A stretch of 63,693 nucleotides of DNA, the filler included, from Stramenopiles sp. TOSAG23-3 (taxonomy: Eukaryota): the NCBI GenBank assembly GCA_900128585.1. It is 9 parts of 9 records of this genome, joined end to end, with 100 filler letters (N's around TTAATTAATTAA, not from the genome) between each part and the next. Parts side by side here need not be neighbours in the genome. Positions count along the whole stretch, not along the records: positions 7,119 to 14,121 come from LT643215.1; positions 14,222 to 21,221 come from LT643216.1; positions 21,322 to 28,320 come from LT643217.1; 6 more parts are not named here. The stretch is one strand, 5' to 3'. The translations under genes were made by a program, and so were the position numbers. Below, piece after piece: positions 9,361 through 21,504 of the stretch (position 1 is the stretch's first letter; the number at the start of each line of letters is the position of its first letter). The notes beneath the pieces were generated by a model. It was not told where the DNA came from. It made no database searches and saw only the letters and a list, made by a program, of their open reading frames with translations.

Positions 9361-12300
9361 CTAGTAGTAAGTGTTTTCTTTCAGCCATCTTCCAATTCTC
9401 TTCTTCGTTGCTTCTTCTGGAAGATCGTCATCCTCTGAGTATCGCATGAATTTCTTTCTGGTTTCATCATATAGGAAAATGAAAATGCAGAAAGGCATAC
9501 CAGGCATCCAGTGAGTCAAACGAAGTGGGCGAGTGTTTAGTGCCGCCCCCAGAGGAGTACAGTAGCACATAAGGCAGCCCAAAATGGTCTCGAAAAGCAA
9601 GCCAAAATTCATGAGCGCGTTGACCATTCCTTGGTCGGCAAGGGACAGCCATCGAGTTTTACAGATCATCAGATCAGCCCATTGGACAACAATAATAGTC
9701 GTAAACCCAGAAGTCTGGGCGAATTTGAGCGCTTCCGATTGAATCATTCTGTTTGCCACATTGGTTCGCACTTCGTTCTCGGTGTTTTTCCAGGTGTACA
9801 TTGTATCGGCCACGCAACCTGCGCCATCACCTGTTACGGTCATCTTTGTTATGCAGTCACCATTTGAGATAGTTATGGCTCCTGTTGTGTCCCCTGAGAA
9901 GCACGTGCAAGTCGTTGGGTTTCCTACACTACCAGTTGGCATCGTAAGAGCAGTGGTTGAATGAGAATCTTTTCCCAAGTTCTTCTGCAATGGAACATTA
10001 AACAGCCAGTTGTCTTTGGAATCGTACGCTGATGCAGTTCGTACTGCCCAGCTTGTAGTTGCAGAACCAACTTTTGACCATGGCAGAATTACGCGATACC
10101 CCATTGCTTGAGCGGAATAATATTGGTCTGCTGACCCGCGACCCATTCCTGGAACCGACGACACACCCGAGATTTCATCTTTGGGGTTCCACGCTTGCCA
10201 TTTGGATAGGTAGAATGCTGACATTCGCCCCTGGAATGGCATGTAGTTGATGTAGCCGTTCTTTCTCAGATGCAGAATGTGGTTCATTGCAACCGTTGGG
10301 CGGCCCGCAGTGTTGTCAACAAGTGTTGCTTTATCCGCTATGACTGAACTTACGTTTTTCCAATTCGTCGCTGTCGTTGGATCGTAATATTTTTGGTCTG
10401 TTTGCACTTCGCCTTCATTTGAGTTTGCAACTTTGGCAGGATGAATGCAGTCCACTACCGTGCCTTTTTTTGCACCTTCAGCATCATCAGTGCGCCAATC
10501 CCAAAATTTGTAACCCTGTGAATTCACGTAGTTGATCAAATTTAATGTATCTTTTTTGGTCCCATCGACATCGGTGGTCGTTTTGTCCGCAGGGTTAATA
10601 GGAAGAAAATTGTCGTCACTGCCAACGTAAGCTTTGCCTTTCTCGTTTCGGAAAACTCCATGCTGTACTTTACAAAACAACTGTTGCTTTCCCCAGTTAT
10701 CATCGGCGCCGAGACCAGGAAGAACATGTGGCATGTATCCATAGTCAGACAAAACTACTAGGTAAGAGTAAAACCCTGCCATTGCTTGAATAATGCCAAC
10801 TTGCAAATATGCGAAGCAAATCAATTTCCGGGTAACCAGACGGTCGACGTTTTGGTCTCTGGGCTTCCGTTTCATGATGTCTGCCTCTGCCGTTTCCCAG
10901 GCCATGGATATGGCCGGGACCATATCAGTGCCAAGATCGATGCACAAAATAAGAACCGTGGAAAGGGGCAAGGGAATGTCAACAGTGATGAAACTTAAAA
11001 ATGGAGCGATTTCGGGAATATTTGAGGACAAGGTGTACGCGATGGATTTCTTTAGGTTGTCAAAAATCAGACGACCTTCTTCGACGCCCTTGACGATGCT
11101 GGCAAAGTTATCATCCAAAAGGATCATATCAGCCGCTTCCTTTGAAACTTCGGTTCCCATGATGCCCATGGCAATACCGATATCCGCTTTTGACAAAGCC
11201 GGGGCGTCGTTAACTCCATCCCCTGTGACTGCCACTACTTCACCTCGCATCTGAAAATTTTTCACGATTAACAGTTTTTGTTGAGGGGAAGTGCGAGCGA
11301 ACACAATTTGTTCGTGCTGAAGAAAATCGTCCCATGTTTCTTTCGGGTCAGTGTTGCTGAATTTATGCCCCGGAATAACGATAGCTGGCGCCAACGCCGG
11401 GTTTTGTAGGTCGGTCATGCCCTTGAAGGTTTCTGCGCCGTGCGATTCCTTGTTCAAAATCTTTCGGTCCGAAGCAGTGGCTCCAAGCCCGGTGATAATG
11501 TTGACTTTCTTGGCAATTGCTTCCGCTGTCTTTGGGTGATCCCCGGTTACCATTACGACTTTGATGCCTGCACTCTTGCATTGAACAACGGCGGCGGGAA
11601 CGGCTTCCCGAGGGGGGTCGATGAGCGCGGTGAATCCAAGAAAAACCAATTTTTCGGTGGACTTTCTGTGGCCTTCCCACAATGCCTTTTCCTCGGCCGT
11701 TTCAGCATTTTTCAACCCATCCGCAACCGATTTTTCGGTTTTGCCTTCGTCGTTTCCTAGAGGGAAGTTCGGAGGATCAGTTTGAAAATCGGTCCATACT
11801 TCGGGGCCACCCTCAATTTCTTTTTCGCAGCATGCCAGAACACGCCTTCCCTTTTGCGCCAACACTTCGTTCAACTGCTCATAGCGGCGCTTTAATGCAG
11901 GGGTCATTGGCACAATCTTTCCGTAGTGATACGCGTGCGAGCAGCGATTCAACACAACGTCCGAACCGCCTTTCATGAGCAACAGCGGTTTTTTGTCTTT
12001 TGAGTTCGCTTGCATGTGCACAGAAACTTGGTATTTGTTTCTGCTGTTAAATTGAATTTCCCAGGCTTTGCTTTCGCCCGCCTCTTCGCACCTGACCATT
12101 TGGTAAGCCCTTCGATAATTCTCGATTCCTGCACCTGAATTTTCATACTGAACAGCATCTTCGGTTCGCACCTGGTTGAGTGGGCCGTTGGCTTTCGCGT
12201 CCCATTCTCCTCGCAATTTGGTCATTCTTTCAAGCTCCGCTTCATCCGCTGCCAAGGATGCTTTTGCAGCTTCGATACCTTCGCTTCCAGCATCACTTAT

Positions 12301-14057
12301 TTTAGCTTTTCCCTTCTCAATTTCTGTTGTTAAATAGGATGTAATTGCAGCAGCATCATCGTCACAGAACAGATCCTTATCTTGCACCCACTTCGTCATG
12401 GCTTCTTCGGTTGCGTTGACTTTAGTAATATTCCACTGCGTGACTGGGTAGATATACATTTGCTCCCCCGTTTTCGGGTTTAGGCCTTGCGGCAACTTGG
12501 CGCGAAAAGGCAGTGGTGCGCCCTCTTTCACGTTTCCTTTTCCCAGAACTTTTTCGTATTTCAACCTTTGAGTTTTGTTACCCACGAGGTTTTCCATCTT
12601 CAGCTTTTTGGAGTCAGAAATAAAGTTCGTCTTGTTGCAAACAGAGCAAACACGGACGATGCGATTCATGGAGTCCGGGGAAAAAGTCACACTGACTTTA
12701 TCGCCCACTGCGGGGTCTGCAGGCACCTCTTTGATGCCGAGGGCCTCTTTTTCCCATTCTTCGCACATCTGTTTGCCGTTAACCTGAATCATGGACCTGG
12801 GGATCCATCCCATAGTTTCTTCCACCATACCAGCATCAAAACCATCATCAAACTTGATCTTGAAGCACGTGCCTTTTTTGTCTGGGTCCTTTTCACGCTT
12901 CTCGACTGCTTCAACGACTCCGGTTTTGGTGCCGGTAGTCTTAAAGTCGATGCGGGCAAAATCGTTTGTATTCCCGACACTGCCATATTTGTACTCAAAT
13001 ATCATACCGTTGCACGCAATATTTTGGACTGTCATTTCATTTTTTGTCAGAGTTCCAGTCTTGTCAGAGCAAATGCAAGAAGTAGAGCCCAACGTTTCGA
13101 CTGCCTCCAGGTTCTTCACCAAAACCATTTTCGTGGCCATTCGCTGCGCTGTAAGAGACAAGCACACGGTTACAGTAGCAAGAAGCCCTTCCGGGACATT
13201 TGCAACGATAATACCGATCATGAAAACAAACTGGGTGGTCCAGTCCACGCTTCCGCTTGAAGCATTCTGTTTGAAGCACCCCAGAGTAAAAAAGGTTATT
13301 CCGAGGAACATGGCGACACCGGACACAAGGAATATAAAATGCTTAATTTCCTTCGAAATTGGGGTCTCGACGTGCTCAGTGCTTACTGCCAACTCCTGCA
13401 CTCTTCCCATGACGGTTTGGGGACCAGTTTGGAACACAATACCAGTGCAAGACCCAGAGGGCATGGTGGTACCGAAGAAAGCCAAATTCTTGGTTTCTTT
13501 CCAGTCATCATGCGACTTCATGGTGCTGCGCTTCAGTGGGTCGGCTTCCCCGGTAAGAGAGGCGTTGTCGACCGTACAGTCACTGGAACATTCGATAACT
13601 CGTATGTCGGCAGGGAGCTTGTTGCCTGTATTAACGAGCAATATGTCGCCAGGGACCAACTTGGTTGCATCAATTTCGACAATTTGTCCGCCGTTTCGTC
13701 TGACGTTACACTTTGCCGGCGCCATGTTTGCGAAGGATTTCATCATGTCACTACTCTTCTTTTCTTGAAAATATTCGAAAATTCCAGTAGCGATAACCAC
13801 GAATACCAGTACGCATCCCAGAGCCAAATTTTCTCGGTCGGCCTTCAGGCTGTAGGAGATGAAGCACAAAATGCCACCAAACCATAGTAGCATGTTGAAG
13901 AGCCCTCCGAAGATTGATTTTAGCAACTTAACTATCCAATGGTCCTCCTTTGGCGGGTTGAGCTTGTTTTCTCCGTACTCCTCCAAGAGTGCCGTCACCT
14001 GCTTGTCAGTCAAACCAGCATCAGGTTGAACATCAAGCTTTGTGCACAATTCGTCAA
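9361..14057 (-). CDS. P-type IIC Na+(/K+)-ATPase alpha subunit, 5'-partial
   Basis: VANVPEGLLATVT, CSDKTGTLT, MVTGDHP, TGDGVNDAPAL, DLGTDMVPAIS and C-terminal ENTYY motifs. The ORF's extreme N-terminus comes from an inverted duplication. Confidence 0.95.
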
Positions 14058-14121
14058 GGGATGCGTACTGGTATTCGTGGTTATCGCTACTGGAATTTTC
14101 GAATATTTTCAAGAAAAGAAG
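13756..14121. repeat. Perfect 64-bp inverted duplication (13756-13819 / 14058-14121) at the contig end; likely chimera
   Basis: 14058-14121 is the exact reverse complement of 13756-13819 and encodes GCVLVFVVIATGIFEYFQEKK on the + strand. Confidence 0.9.
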
Positions 14122-14547
14122 NNNNNNNNNNNNNNNNNNNNNNNNNNNNNNNNNNNNNNNNNNNNTTAATTAATTAANNNNNNNNNNNNNNNNNNNNNNN
14201 NNNNNNNNNNNNNNNNNNNNNCTGTTCGTGCTACAAATATTCTTCTTTTCTCTTCTTCCATGATGAAAATTAAAATAAAATAATATGAGAAGAAGAAGAA
14301 AGAAGAAAGAAGAAGAAAGAAGAAGAGGAAAAAATATTATAAGAAGAAAGGAAGTTATCTAATAGGTTGTGTTCTTTCCATTTTAATTTTCATCATGGAA
14401 GAAGAGAAAAGAAGAATATTTGTAGCACGAACAGCATTTAATCACCGTCCAAAATTTGTTCCATTTCGTTTCGTACAATCAAGAAAAAGAAGAGAGAACC
14501 TCCGAAACGTTTCAGCTAGCCAATATAACCAGCGCCAAGACAAGGTC

Positions 14548-16932
14548 ATGAGCTCGCCGTGGAGACAGTACCAAAGCCCTTCTGGCAAATCTTACTTTCA
14601 CAATAAGCGGACGAATGAGACGACCTGGGAAAGACCGGATTCGTATGAAGAGCCGGCGGCCTCTAGCGGGCCAAAAGTTTTTATCCAAGTAGAGAACGCT
14701 CAAGGAAAAACGTATTATTACAATCAGGCTGACGAAAGCGAAGTTGTGTGGGTTTTGCCAAAAGGCGCAAGGGCCAAAACCCGCCGCCAAAGTGCCCTAG
14801 AGGTGCTTGCCCAAGGTAATAGCAAAGGGAGAACGGCCGCCGTACAAGAACTCTCGCAGTACGGATCCCCGGGTGCCCCACAGGCCGCAGCCTCGCCCCT
14901 AAAGCCGCCCTCAGCGTTGCCGCCGGGGTGGCAAGAGGTAACGGACCCCAACACGCAAAAAGTGTACTATTGGAACAAGAACACCAATGAGACCAGCTGG
15001 ACCGTTCCAAAGTCTGGTGGTGGGACGACACGGCTCACGTTGACGAAGAAGAAGAAGAAACGTGAAAACGTTGTGGGTGAATCAGTCGGTGATGAGGAGT
15101 ACGTCCATAGAAGCCATGAAAAGTCCGCGGAGGCATCTCGCCTGATCAAGCAAGCATTGCAGGAGAATTTCGTTTTCTCAAAATACCCAGAGGCGACGCT
15201 GAGACAATTTATTGACGTAATGGCCCCAATGAAAGTCAGCGCAGGCAAAAACATCATCACGCAAGGTGAAAAGGGGGATGATTTTTATGTCATAGAGCGC
15301 GGTACGTGTGAGATTTACGTTGATAACGTAAAAGTGGCTTCGTACAAAGCAGGCAACTCCTTCGGGGAGCTTGCGATGTACTATAAGTCCGCCCGTGCAG
15401 CTACGATCAAAGCGAGAACGAACTGCTCTTTGTTTACTATTGATGGCAAGACCTTTCGGCAAGTGTCAGCGGCGTCGATGTTTGAAAACGTCGATATTGC
15501 CACGGACAACCTGATGAAGATTGAATGGTTGAACCCTCTGGGGGAAGAACTCATTTCGAAGGTTGCTGGCGCGTGCGCGTTGGAAACTGTGAAGGCGGGA
15601 AAGACCATCATTAGAAAAAATGAAAAGGGTGACAAATTTTACATAATCAAGAAGGGGGCGGTCAAATGCTTCGTGTCTGAAACTGACGAACCACTCCAGC
15701 TAAGCGATGGCCAGTACTTTGGGGAATTGGCCCTTTTGAAGGACCAGCCCCGTGCAGCCACCGTGGAAGCAGTTGTCGAGACGCAACTGCTGACATTGAA
15801 CCGAGACCCGTTCCACTATTTGCTAGGCCCAATCCACGAACAGCTGAATGTTAACTATGACTCCCACAAAGTTATCGAGCGGTCGGCTATCGCAGCCCCA
15901 TCGAGGGCGACGTCAAGGAGGGCCACCGTTGACATCAAACTGAACCTGAACAATATTCAGCGTGAAGAATTGCAAATGAAGAAAGTTTTGGGCGAGGGAA
16001 CGTTCGGCCGCGTCGAACTATGTTACCACCAGCGTACGAAGACGTCGTGGGCTCTGAAAACGCAGCAAAAGACACAAATTGCAGAAGCAAAACAGCAGAA
16101 GGCTTGTATGCTAGAGAAAAAAGTAATGGCTTGCTTGAGACACCCATTCATTTTGTTGTTGGAAGCGACTTACCAAACAAAGGACCTGCTCTTCATGCTG
16201 CTAGAGTGCGTTCCAGGTGGAGAGCTATTCCAACTCCTTGCACAGCGCCCGGCGGGTTGTGTTCCCTCGGACCATGCTAAGTTTTACGGAGGCTGTGTCA
16301 TTGACGCCTTCTCCTACATGCACGAGCAAAAGGTCGTTTACAGAGACTTGAAACCGGAAAACTTGCTTATTGATCGTCGCGGCTACATCAAAGTTATTGA
16401 CTTTGGGTTTGGGAAATTCCTGGACAAAGCACCGTACCGTACGATGACCTTTTGTGGTACCCCAGAATACTTTGCTCCTGAAATTATGATGGGGAAAGGT
16501 TACGACTACAGTGTCGACGTCTGGGGGGTTGGTATCTTGATCTACGAAATGATTTACGGGTATACACCGTTTGCGGATCACCAGGATGGAAATCCGCACA
16601 AAACCATGCAATATATTATGAAGAACAAAGTCAGTTACCCAACAGATGGTAACCCCGACAGAGTTGCGAAGAAGTTAATTGATATGCTGCTGCAGAAGAA
16701 CTCCACAAGGCGATTAGGCTGCGGATCCGGAGGAACAAGAGAGGTGAAGAAGCACGAATGGTTTACTAGCTCTAACTTCAACTGGGACGCATTAGAGTCC
16801 ACAAAGATGCAAGCGCCGTGGGTCCCACCATTGAGTGGTGACCACGATGTAGTGGAGCCCATGGAGCAGTACAGCTCACAATATCGTGTGCGTCCGTACC
16901 GGGGGGACCAGAAATGGTGCGCCGAGTGGTAG
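14548..16932 (+). CDS. Cyclic-nucleotide-dependent protein kinase (WW x3, cNMP-binding x2, AGC kinase)
   Basis: WW motifs (PWRQY...YFHN...TTWERP; LPPGWQEV...YYWN...TSWTVP), FGELA..RAAT twice, GEGTFG, YRDLKPEN, DFG, CGTPEY. Likely ATG at 14548. Confidence 0.9.
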   Translation: MSSPWRQYQSPSGKSYFHNKRTNETTWERPDSYEEPAASSGPKVFIQVENAQGKTYYYNQADESEVVWVLPKGARAKTRRQSALEVLAQGNSKGRTAAVQELSQYGSPGAPQAAASPLKPPSALPPGWQEVTDPNTQKVYYWNKNTNETSWTVPKSGGGTTRLTLTKKKKKRENVVGESVGDEEYVHRSHEKSAEASRLIKQALQENFVFSKYPEATLRQFIDVMAPMKVSAGKNIITQGEKGDDFYVIERGTCEIYVDNVKVASYKAGNSFGELAMYYKSARAATIKARTNCSLFTIDGKTFRQVSAASMFENVDIATDNLMKIEWLNPLGEELISKVAGACALETVKAGKTIIRKNEKGDKFYIIKKGAVKCFVSETDEPLQLSDGQYFGELALLKDQPRAATVEAVVETQLLTLNRDPFHYLLGPIHEQLNVNYDSHKVIERSAIAAPSRATSRRATVDIKLNLNNIQREELQMKKVLGEGTFGRVELCYHQRTKTSWALKTQQKTQIAEAKQQKACMLEKKVMACLRHPFILLLEATYQTKDLLFMLLECVPGGELFQLLAQRPAGCVPSDHAKFYGGCVIDAFSYMHEQKVVYRDLKPENLLIDRRGYIKVIDFGFGKFLDKAPYRTMTFCGTPEYFAPEIMMGKGYDYSVDVWGVGILIYEMIYGYTPFADHQDGNPHKTMQYIMKNKVSYPTDGNPDRVAKKLIDMLLQKNSTRRLGCGSGGTREVKKHEWFTSSNFNWDALESTKMQAPWVPPLSGDHDVVEPMEQYSSQYRVRPYRGDQKWCAEW

Positions 16933-17554
16933 TTCAAGTTTACTGCGAGTCGTAAATGCAGACGCATTCGTCTAGTGTGCGTAACAAGTGAAACGCACAA
17001 AGGAAATGATATGGCCGCCCGCATTTAAATACATTATTTTTAATTATTTTCTTCTAACATATAATAAGAACTTACTAAAAAAATTAGTTTGTCGAATAAC
17101 ACGCCACCAAAAAACATCACGCCGTTCTCTTCTTCCTTTCTATCTTCTTCCTATCAAATACTCAAGGAAATATCTTTCCGCTACTCTACTATCCTCCATC
17201 CTCACAAAACTGCCCTCATTTTTATATGTGTGTTGTGTCCCCCCCTGTAGTTCCTCCTTCTTCTCAGCGCACCTCTACACAGCATTCCGGTATCCTCCAA
17301 GCAGATACAACGATAACAGACCGGTGACTTCTTCCTCTTCTCTCTCTCCTCTTCTTCTTCTTCTAAAATTAACAATAATAATTTATAATATACAAATCGA
17401 AACAGAAAATATAATTATAGATAATAATAAGAGTGTGTGTGAGTCTCATCAATGCAGTTACAAATTTTGATTTCTTTAAACCATGCCACGGGTGTATGTT
17501 AAAGCATCCAGCACGCATTGAAAGGTCCCCGAAATTGACACGTTGCATTGACCA

Positions 17555-18355
17555 ATGGCTGACCAACCACCCCAAGTGGCGACACACGAACCACCACCTA
17601 TGTTCCACGCACCGCCGCCTATGTCGGGGAGACAGCAATACATGCCCCCACAACCGCCTACAGTACCGGCAAAGAAAAGGCTAATGTCGCGGGAACCTGC
17701 GGCGCGGGAAACCCCCACTCAAACTTGCTATGTAAACCATATAAATGAGAAATTCAAACCGCTTCAACTGAAATCAATGTTACGCGACTCTTTTTGTAAA
17801 TTTGGAGAGATCTTGGACGTTTCGGTAAAAAAGTCGCTGAAGACTAGAGGGCAAGGCTGGGTCACATTCTCTACAGTGGACGCTGCAACCAAAGCCTTGG
17901 AAGCTTTAGATCAAACTTATTTTCTAGGAAAATCAGAAAGCGACGAACGACCAGTGCAAGTAAACTTTTCTAGAAACAAAGCGCACGCGGTGGCCAAACT
18001 GGACGGGACGTTTACGCCGAGAAACACTGGAAACTCTAGCGACAAGAAACGCAAACGTGACGTGGCGGGTGAAGATAGCTCCGTTAAACCGGCAGCCGGT
18101 CGTCGTATCAAGAGGGCTCCGAGAGAAAAACTTCCTGCGCATAGTATCTTGCTTTTGAAAAATATCGAAAACGATGTAACCCAAGAGGCGTTAGAGTCTA
18201 TGTTCTCCTCTCAAGACGGGTATAAAAAAATCCGGTACATTCAAATGCGGCATGTGGCCTTTATCGATTTTGTTGACATTGCTTCGGCTGTTGGTGCTTT
18301 AAAGGAAGTCGATAAAAGTAGGCCTCATTTTGACATTAATTTTGCAAAACAGTAA
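17555..18355 (+). CDS. SNRPB2: U1A/U2B'' snRNP protein (two RRMs)
   Basis: PTQTCYVNHINEK, KTRGQGWVTF, VAKLDGTF and a C-terminal RRM ending INFAK. U1A and U2B'' cannot be distinguished by eye. Confidence 0.8.
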   Translation: MADQPPQVATHEPPPMFHAPPPMSGRQQYMPPQPPTVPAKKRLMSREPAARETPTQTCYVNHINEKFKPLQLKSMLRDSFCKFGEILDVSVKKSLKTRGQGWVTFSTVDAATKALEALDQTYFLGKSESDERPVQVNFSRNKAHAVAKLDGTFTPRNTGNSSDKKRKRDVAGEDSSVKPAAGRRIKRAPREKLPAHSILLLKNIENDVTQEALESMFSSQDGYKKIRYIQMRHVAFIDFVDIASAVGALKEVDKSRPHFDINFAKQ

Positions 18356-18939
18356 TTTACAAAAAAGAAAACGAGTAAAGCTGTACGAAAAAAATCTTAC
18401 GATATTGTTTTTGACTCTTTTAAAAAGTCAGGGGCCCATTAGTATGAGGTATGAATAAAATGAAAGTAATACTTATGATATGATATGAAAAAAAAAAACA
18501 AATTATATGATATGATATTAAAAGTTTTTAGAAACAAAATTTGTTTTATTAAATTTATGCATTTTAGGATTTTATCACCACACTTAATATGGAGATTATG
18601 AATTAAAACACAGTAAACTTATTTTGGCCTCTTCTTTTACTTTATACCTCGTGAGTGGTTTAGAAAAAAACGATATCATATGTAAAATATGAGATATTGA
18701 TATCATATCATATGTTTTTTTTAAAATAAATTTTAAGATAACACTTTTAGATTAAACTGAATTAAAAATAACAAGATATCATATGATAGAAAAAAATTAA
18801 CCTGAAATGGTTTAACATTGAATTACCCTAAAGTGGTTTAACATCAAATTGAAACGTTTACTTTTATAATTTTTAGATAAACTGAATTCGGGTTTTTTTT
18901 TTAAATGATAATATTGTGTTTATTCAGTTGAAAAAACTG

Positions 18940-20658
18940 TCAGCTTTCTATGCCTGTTTGTTTGTCTGAAAGTGCATTTCTTCCCGTGAAACGCTTTCCA
19001 ATCGAATAAGGGTTTCCGTCCGCGTCGAGAATAATGACGTCACCTCTTGTTTCTTCAAGCGGTTCTCTGTCTTGTTGACTATCCGCGCCATGTGGTGCCG
19101 GAACTACCACGTTCCCCATCACCGCATTTATTACATCTAAATCTTGTTGGATAATGTTGAATTTTCTTGCTCGAAATGTGAACAAGACCCCGCAAATAAA
19201 GAGAAACTCCAGGCTGTCGCCGATAGCCCCAATTACCCAGGGAAAGTATATGTCCCCTGTGCGCCCAAGGACAGTTATCCTTACAAACCAAGCAATGACT
19301 GTCAAAACAAGCCATCCCAAAAATGCAAATCTGAAATATACAAACATTTGCAGTTTATAGTATGTCGCTGTGCCCTCGGTTTGCATGCCAACTTCCTCCA
19401 TGTGGCAGAGGGTGTTGTGCAGTCTCCTACTCCATTGCAGAGACGAACTCCAAACTGTAAGCAGTATGAAAAAGTATGCTCCGCCATTTGCAAACAGCGA
19501 AAAGACAATGACGATTTGGTCAACATCCTCCTCCCGCGGGTCAAGCACTGGAAACTGGGAATCGTAGAACAGTTGGTACACCAACTTTGCACTGAAAAAC
19601 ACAGCCACGGGCAAATATGTACGAACCACATCTAACCTGTGGAATTTTCTCACCGTGATCATCCAGCCTTTTGCTACGCGAATCAAAATTTCATACAAAG
19701 CACATTCGCACAAAATGGATAAAATTACATTAAGCAGGGGTGACGTGCTTTTTCCCTGGTTTGTGGAAACGTAATAGTCCCAGTTCAACGTGGAAGAAAA
19801 TATTTTTAAAACGAGGCAAAGGGTAAGATGCCATTGCAACAAAATACCATTTTTAAAACGATGGATGGCGGTGTTGAGAATCCATGCAACAACTACAATA
19901 CTCCAGGTAATCGTCCAAAACATGTATATAGTGATGAAGGGACGTTCTGTAGTCGACAGAAAGCCAAAGGGGTTTTTCATTGTGTATTTAATGTGGGTGC
20001 TTATAGTCGTGTCTGTGTAGGGCGGGTATTCTGTGCAATTCGCAGGTTCCGTTAAAAAGGATGAGCACGATCGTGGGTAACAACGGCCAACCCCTTTGAG
20101 CTCGCAATTCGTAACCAAACCAACGTACACCCCGGGCACTACAATTTTTGCTGAAAAGGTAGTACTTGCTGAATAGGGTGCTAGCGAGTTGTACACCAAT
20201 GGGACGCTCAAGCACTGCTGCTCATCAAAGGTGTGGTAGAATCGGCTCAAGCACAGCGAAGCGGATCTCTCTTTTCTTTGTTCCCTGAGAATTTCTACGA
20301 CCGCAGTATCGTATCTGCTGTAGTCACAGACGTACAGGTACATTAGCGTGCGTTCGATCTCAACCTGCTCGGTCGTCAAAAAAACGCTGGGATCCGCAGC
20401 TTCATTTTGAAGACTTGTTAAGATGCTAACGTCCAGTGTTCCATCCTTTGCGAAGCCAAACCCAAATAAGACTGGTGTATCGGCATTCGTGAATACCCGT
20501 TTCTTCTCCCTTCTAAACTCTTTGCCAGAGTCAATCTCCCCGCCCCCCTTTACACCAACCAGTTGAACAAGGTCATTTGAATCGTATTGATCCCCAAACA
20601 CAACCACCGCAGGGACAATGTTGACCAAGAAAAGTAGGAAAATGCGGAACAGGTCCAT
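18940..20658 (-). CDS. Signal peptide + luminal domain + 7TM protein (GPR107/TMEM87-like)
   Basis: Signal peptide, YTMKNPFGFLS..ERP motif before TM1, AKGWMIT motif, seven hydrophobic segments. Confidence 0.6.
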   Translation of the reverse strand: MDLFRIFLLFLVNIVPAVVVFGDQYDSNDLVQLVGVKGGGEIDSGKEFRREKKRVFTNADTPVLFGFGFAKDGTLDVSILTSLQNEAADPSVFLTTEQVEIERTLMYLYVCDYSRYDTAVVEILREQRKERSASLCLSRFYHTFDEQQCLSVPLVYNSLAPYSASTTFSAKIVVPGVYVGLVTNCELKGVGRCYPRSCSSFLTEPANCTEYPPYTDTTISTHIKYTMKNPFGFLSTTERPFITIYMFWTITWSIVVVAWILNTAIHRFKNGILLQWHLTLCLVLKIFSSTLNWDYYVSTNQGKSTSPLLNVILSILCECALYEILIRVAKGWMITVRKFHRLDVVRTYLPVAVFFSAKLVYQLFYDSQFPVLDPREEDVDQIVIVFSLFANGGAYFFILLTVWSSSLQWSRRLHNTLCHMEEVGMQTEGTATYYKLQMFVYFRFAFLGWLVLTVIAWFVRITVLGRTGDIYFPWVIGAIGDSLEFLFICGVLFTFRARKFNIIQQDLDVINAVMGNVVVPAPHGADSQQDREPLEETRGDVIILDADGNPYSIGKRFTGRNALSDKQTGIES

Positions 20659-21504
20659 ACCTTTAAATTCTTTGATTTCCTCTAGTCATATAGGACACAA
20701 AGCAATGGGGACTGTGTTTCTTCGCCTCTTTCTTGATTGTAATCGTTTCTTTCCATTCATACAATTTACCATTTTTAGTTCACAAATGATTTCAATGATG
20801 TTTTTTGATTTTGGGATATAAAATGCTTCATCACTCTCATCATGAATGTGGTGAGTGAGTGATTTTATACAATTTAAACATTCGTTCCTGCTTGCTGTTC
20901 TGCTGTTGTTATTAAAAAAGAAGTAGTTGAATAGTATTAATACATTAATACATGACACTTTATTGTTCCTCCTATTTGATTATAACATACAAATAGCGGT
21001 CTTTCTTCCTAGACTAATTACTGTACTACTTGTAATCTTGAAATCCTTCCGTCTTCCGTCCTTTCTTCCTTTCTTCTTTCTTCTTTCTCAAAAACACAAC
21101 ACAACAACAAGGCAACTACTAAATAAATAACAAAAAAAAGGGAAAAAAAAAATGAAAGAAGAAGATAGAAACAGAAGAAGAGCAGCTTGATCTTCTTTAA
21201 TTATATTAACATTACACAGCANNNNNNNNNNNNNNNNNNNNNNNNNNNNNNNNNNNNNNNNNNNNTTAATTAATTAANNNNNNNNNNNNNNNNNNNNNNN
21301 NNNNNNNNNNNNNNNNNNNNNATTTTTTTATTCTTCGTCTCTCTCGCTGTTCTTCTTCTTTCTTCTTCTTCGGAATTTTATTATTATTAAAAAATAATAA
21401 CGACATTTTTTCCATATTTTTTATTTGTTGTGAACAAATATGTGTATTAATCCAATTGACTATTGGAGTTGTAACAATCCACAAGCGATGCTGGGCTGGA
21501 AGAA

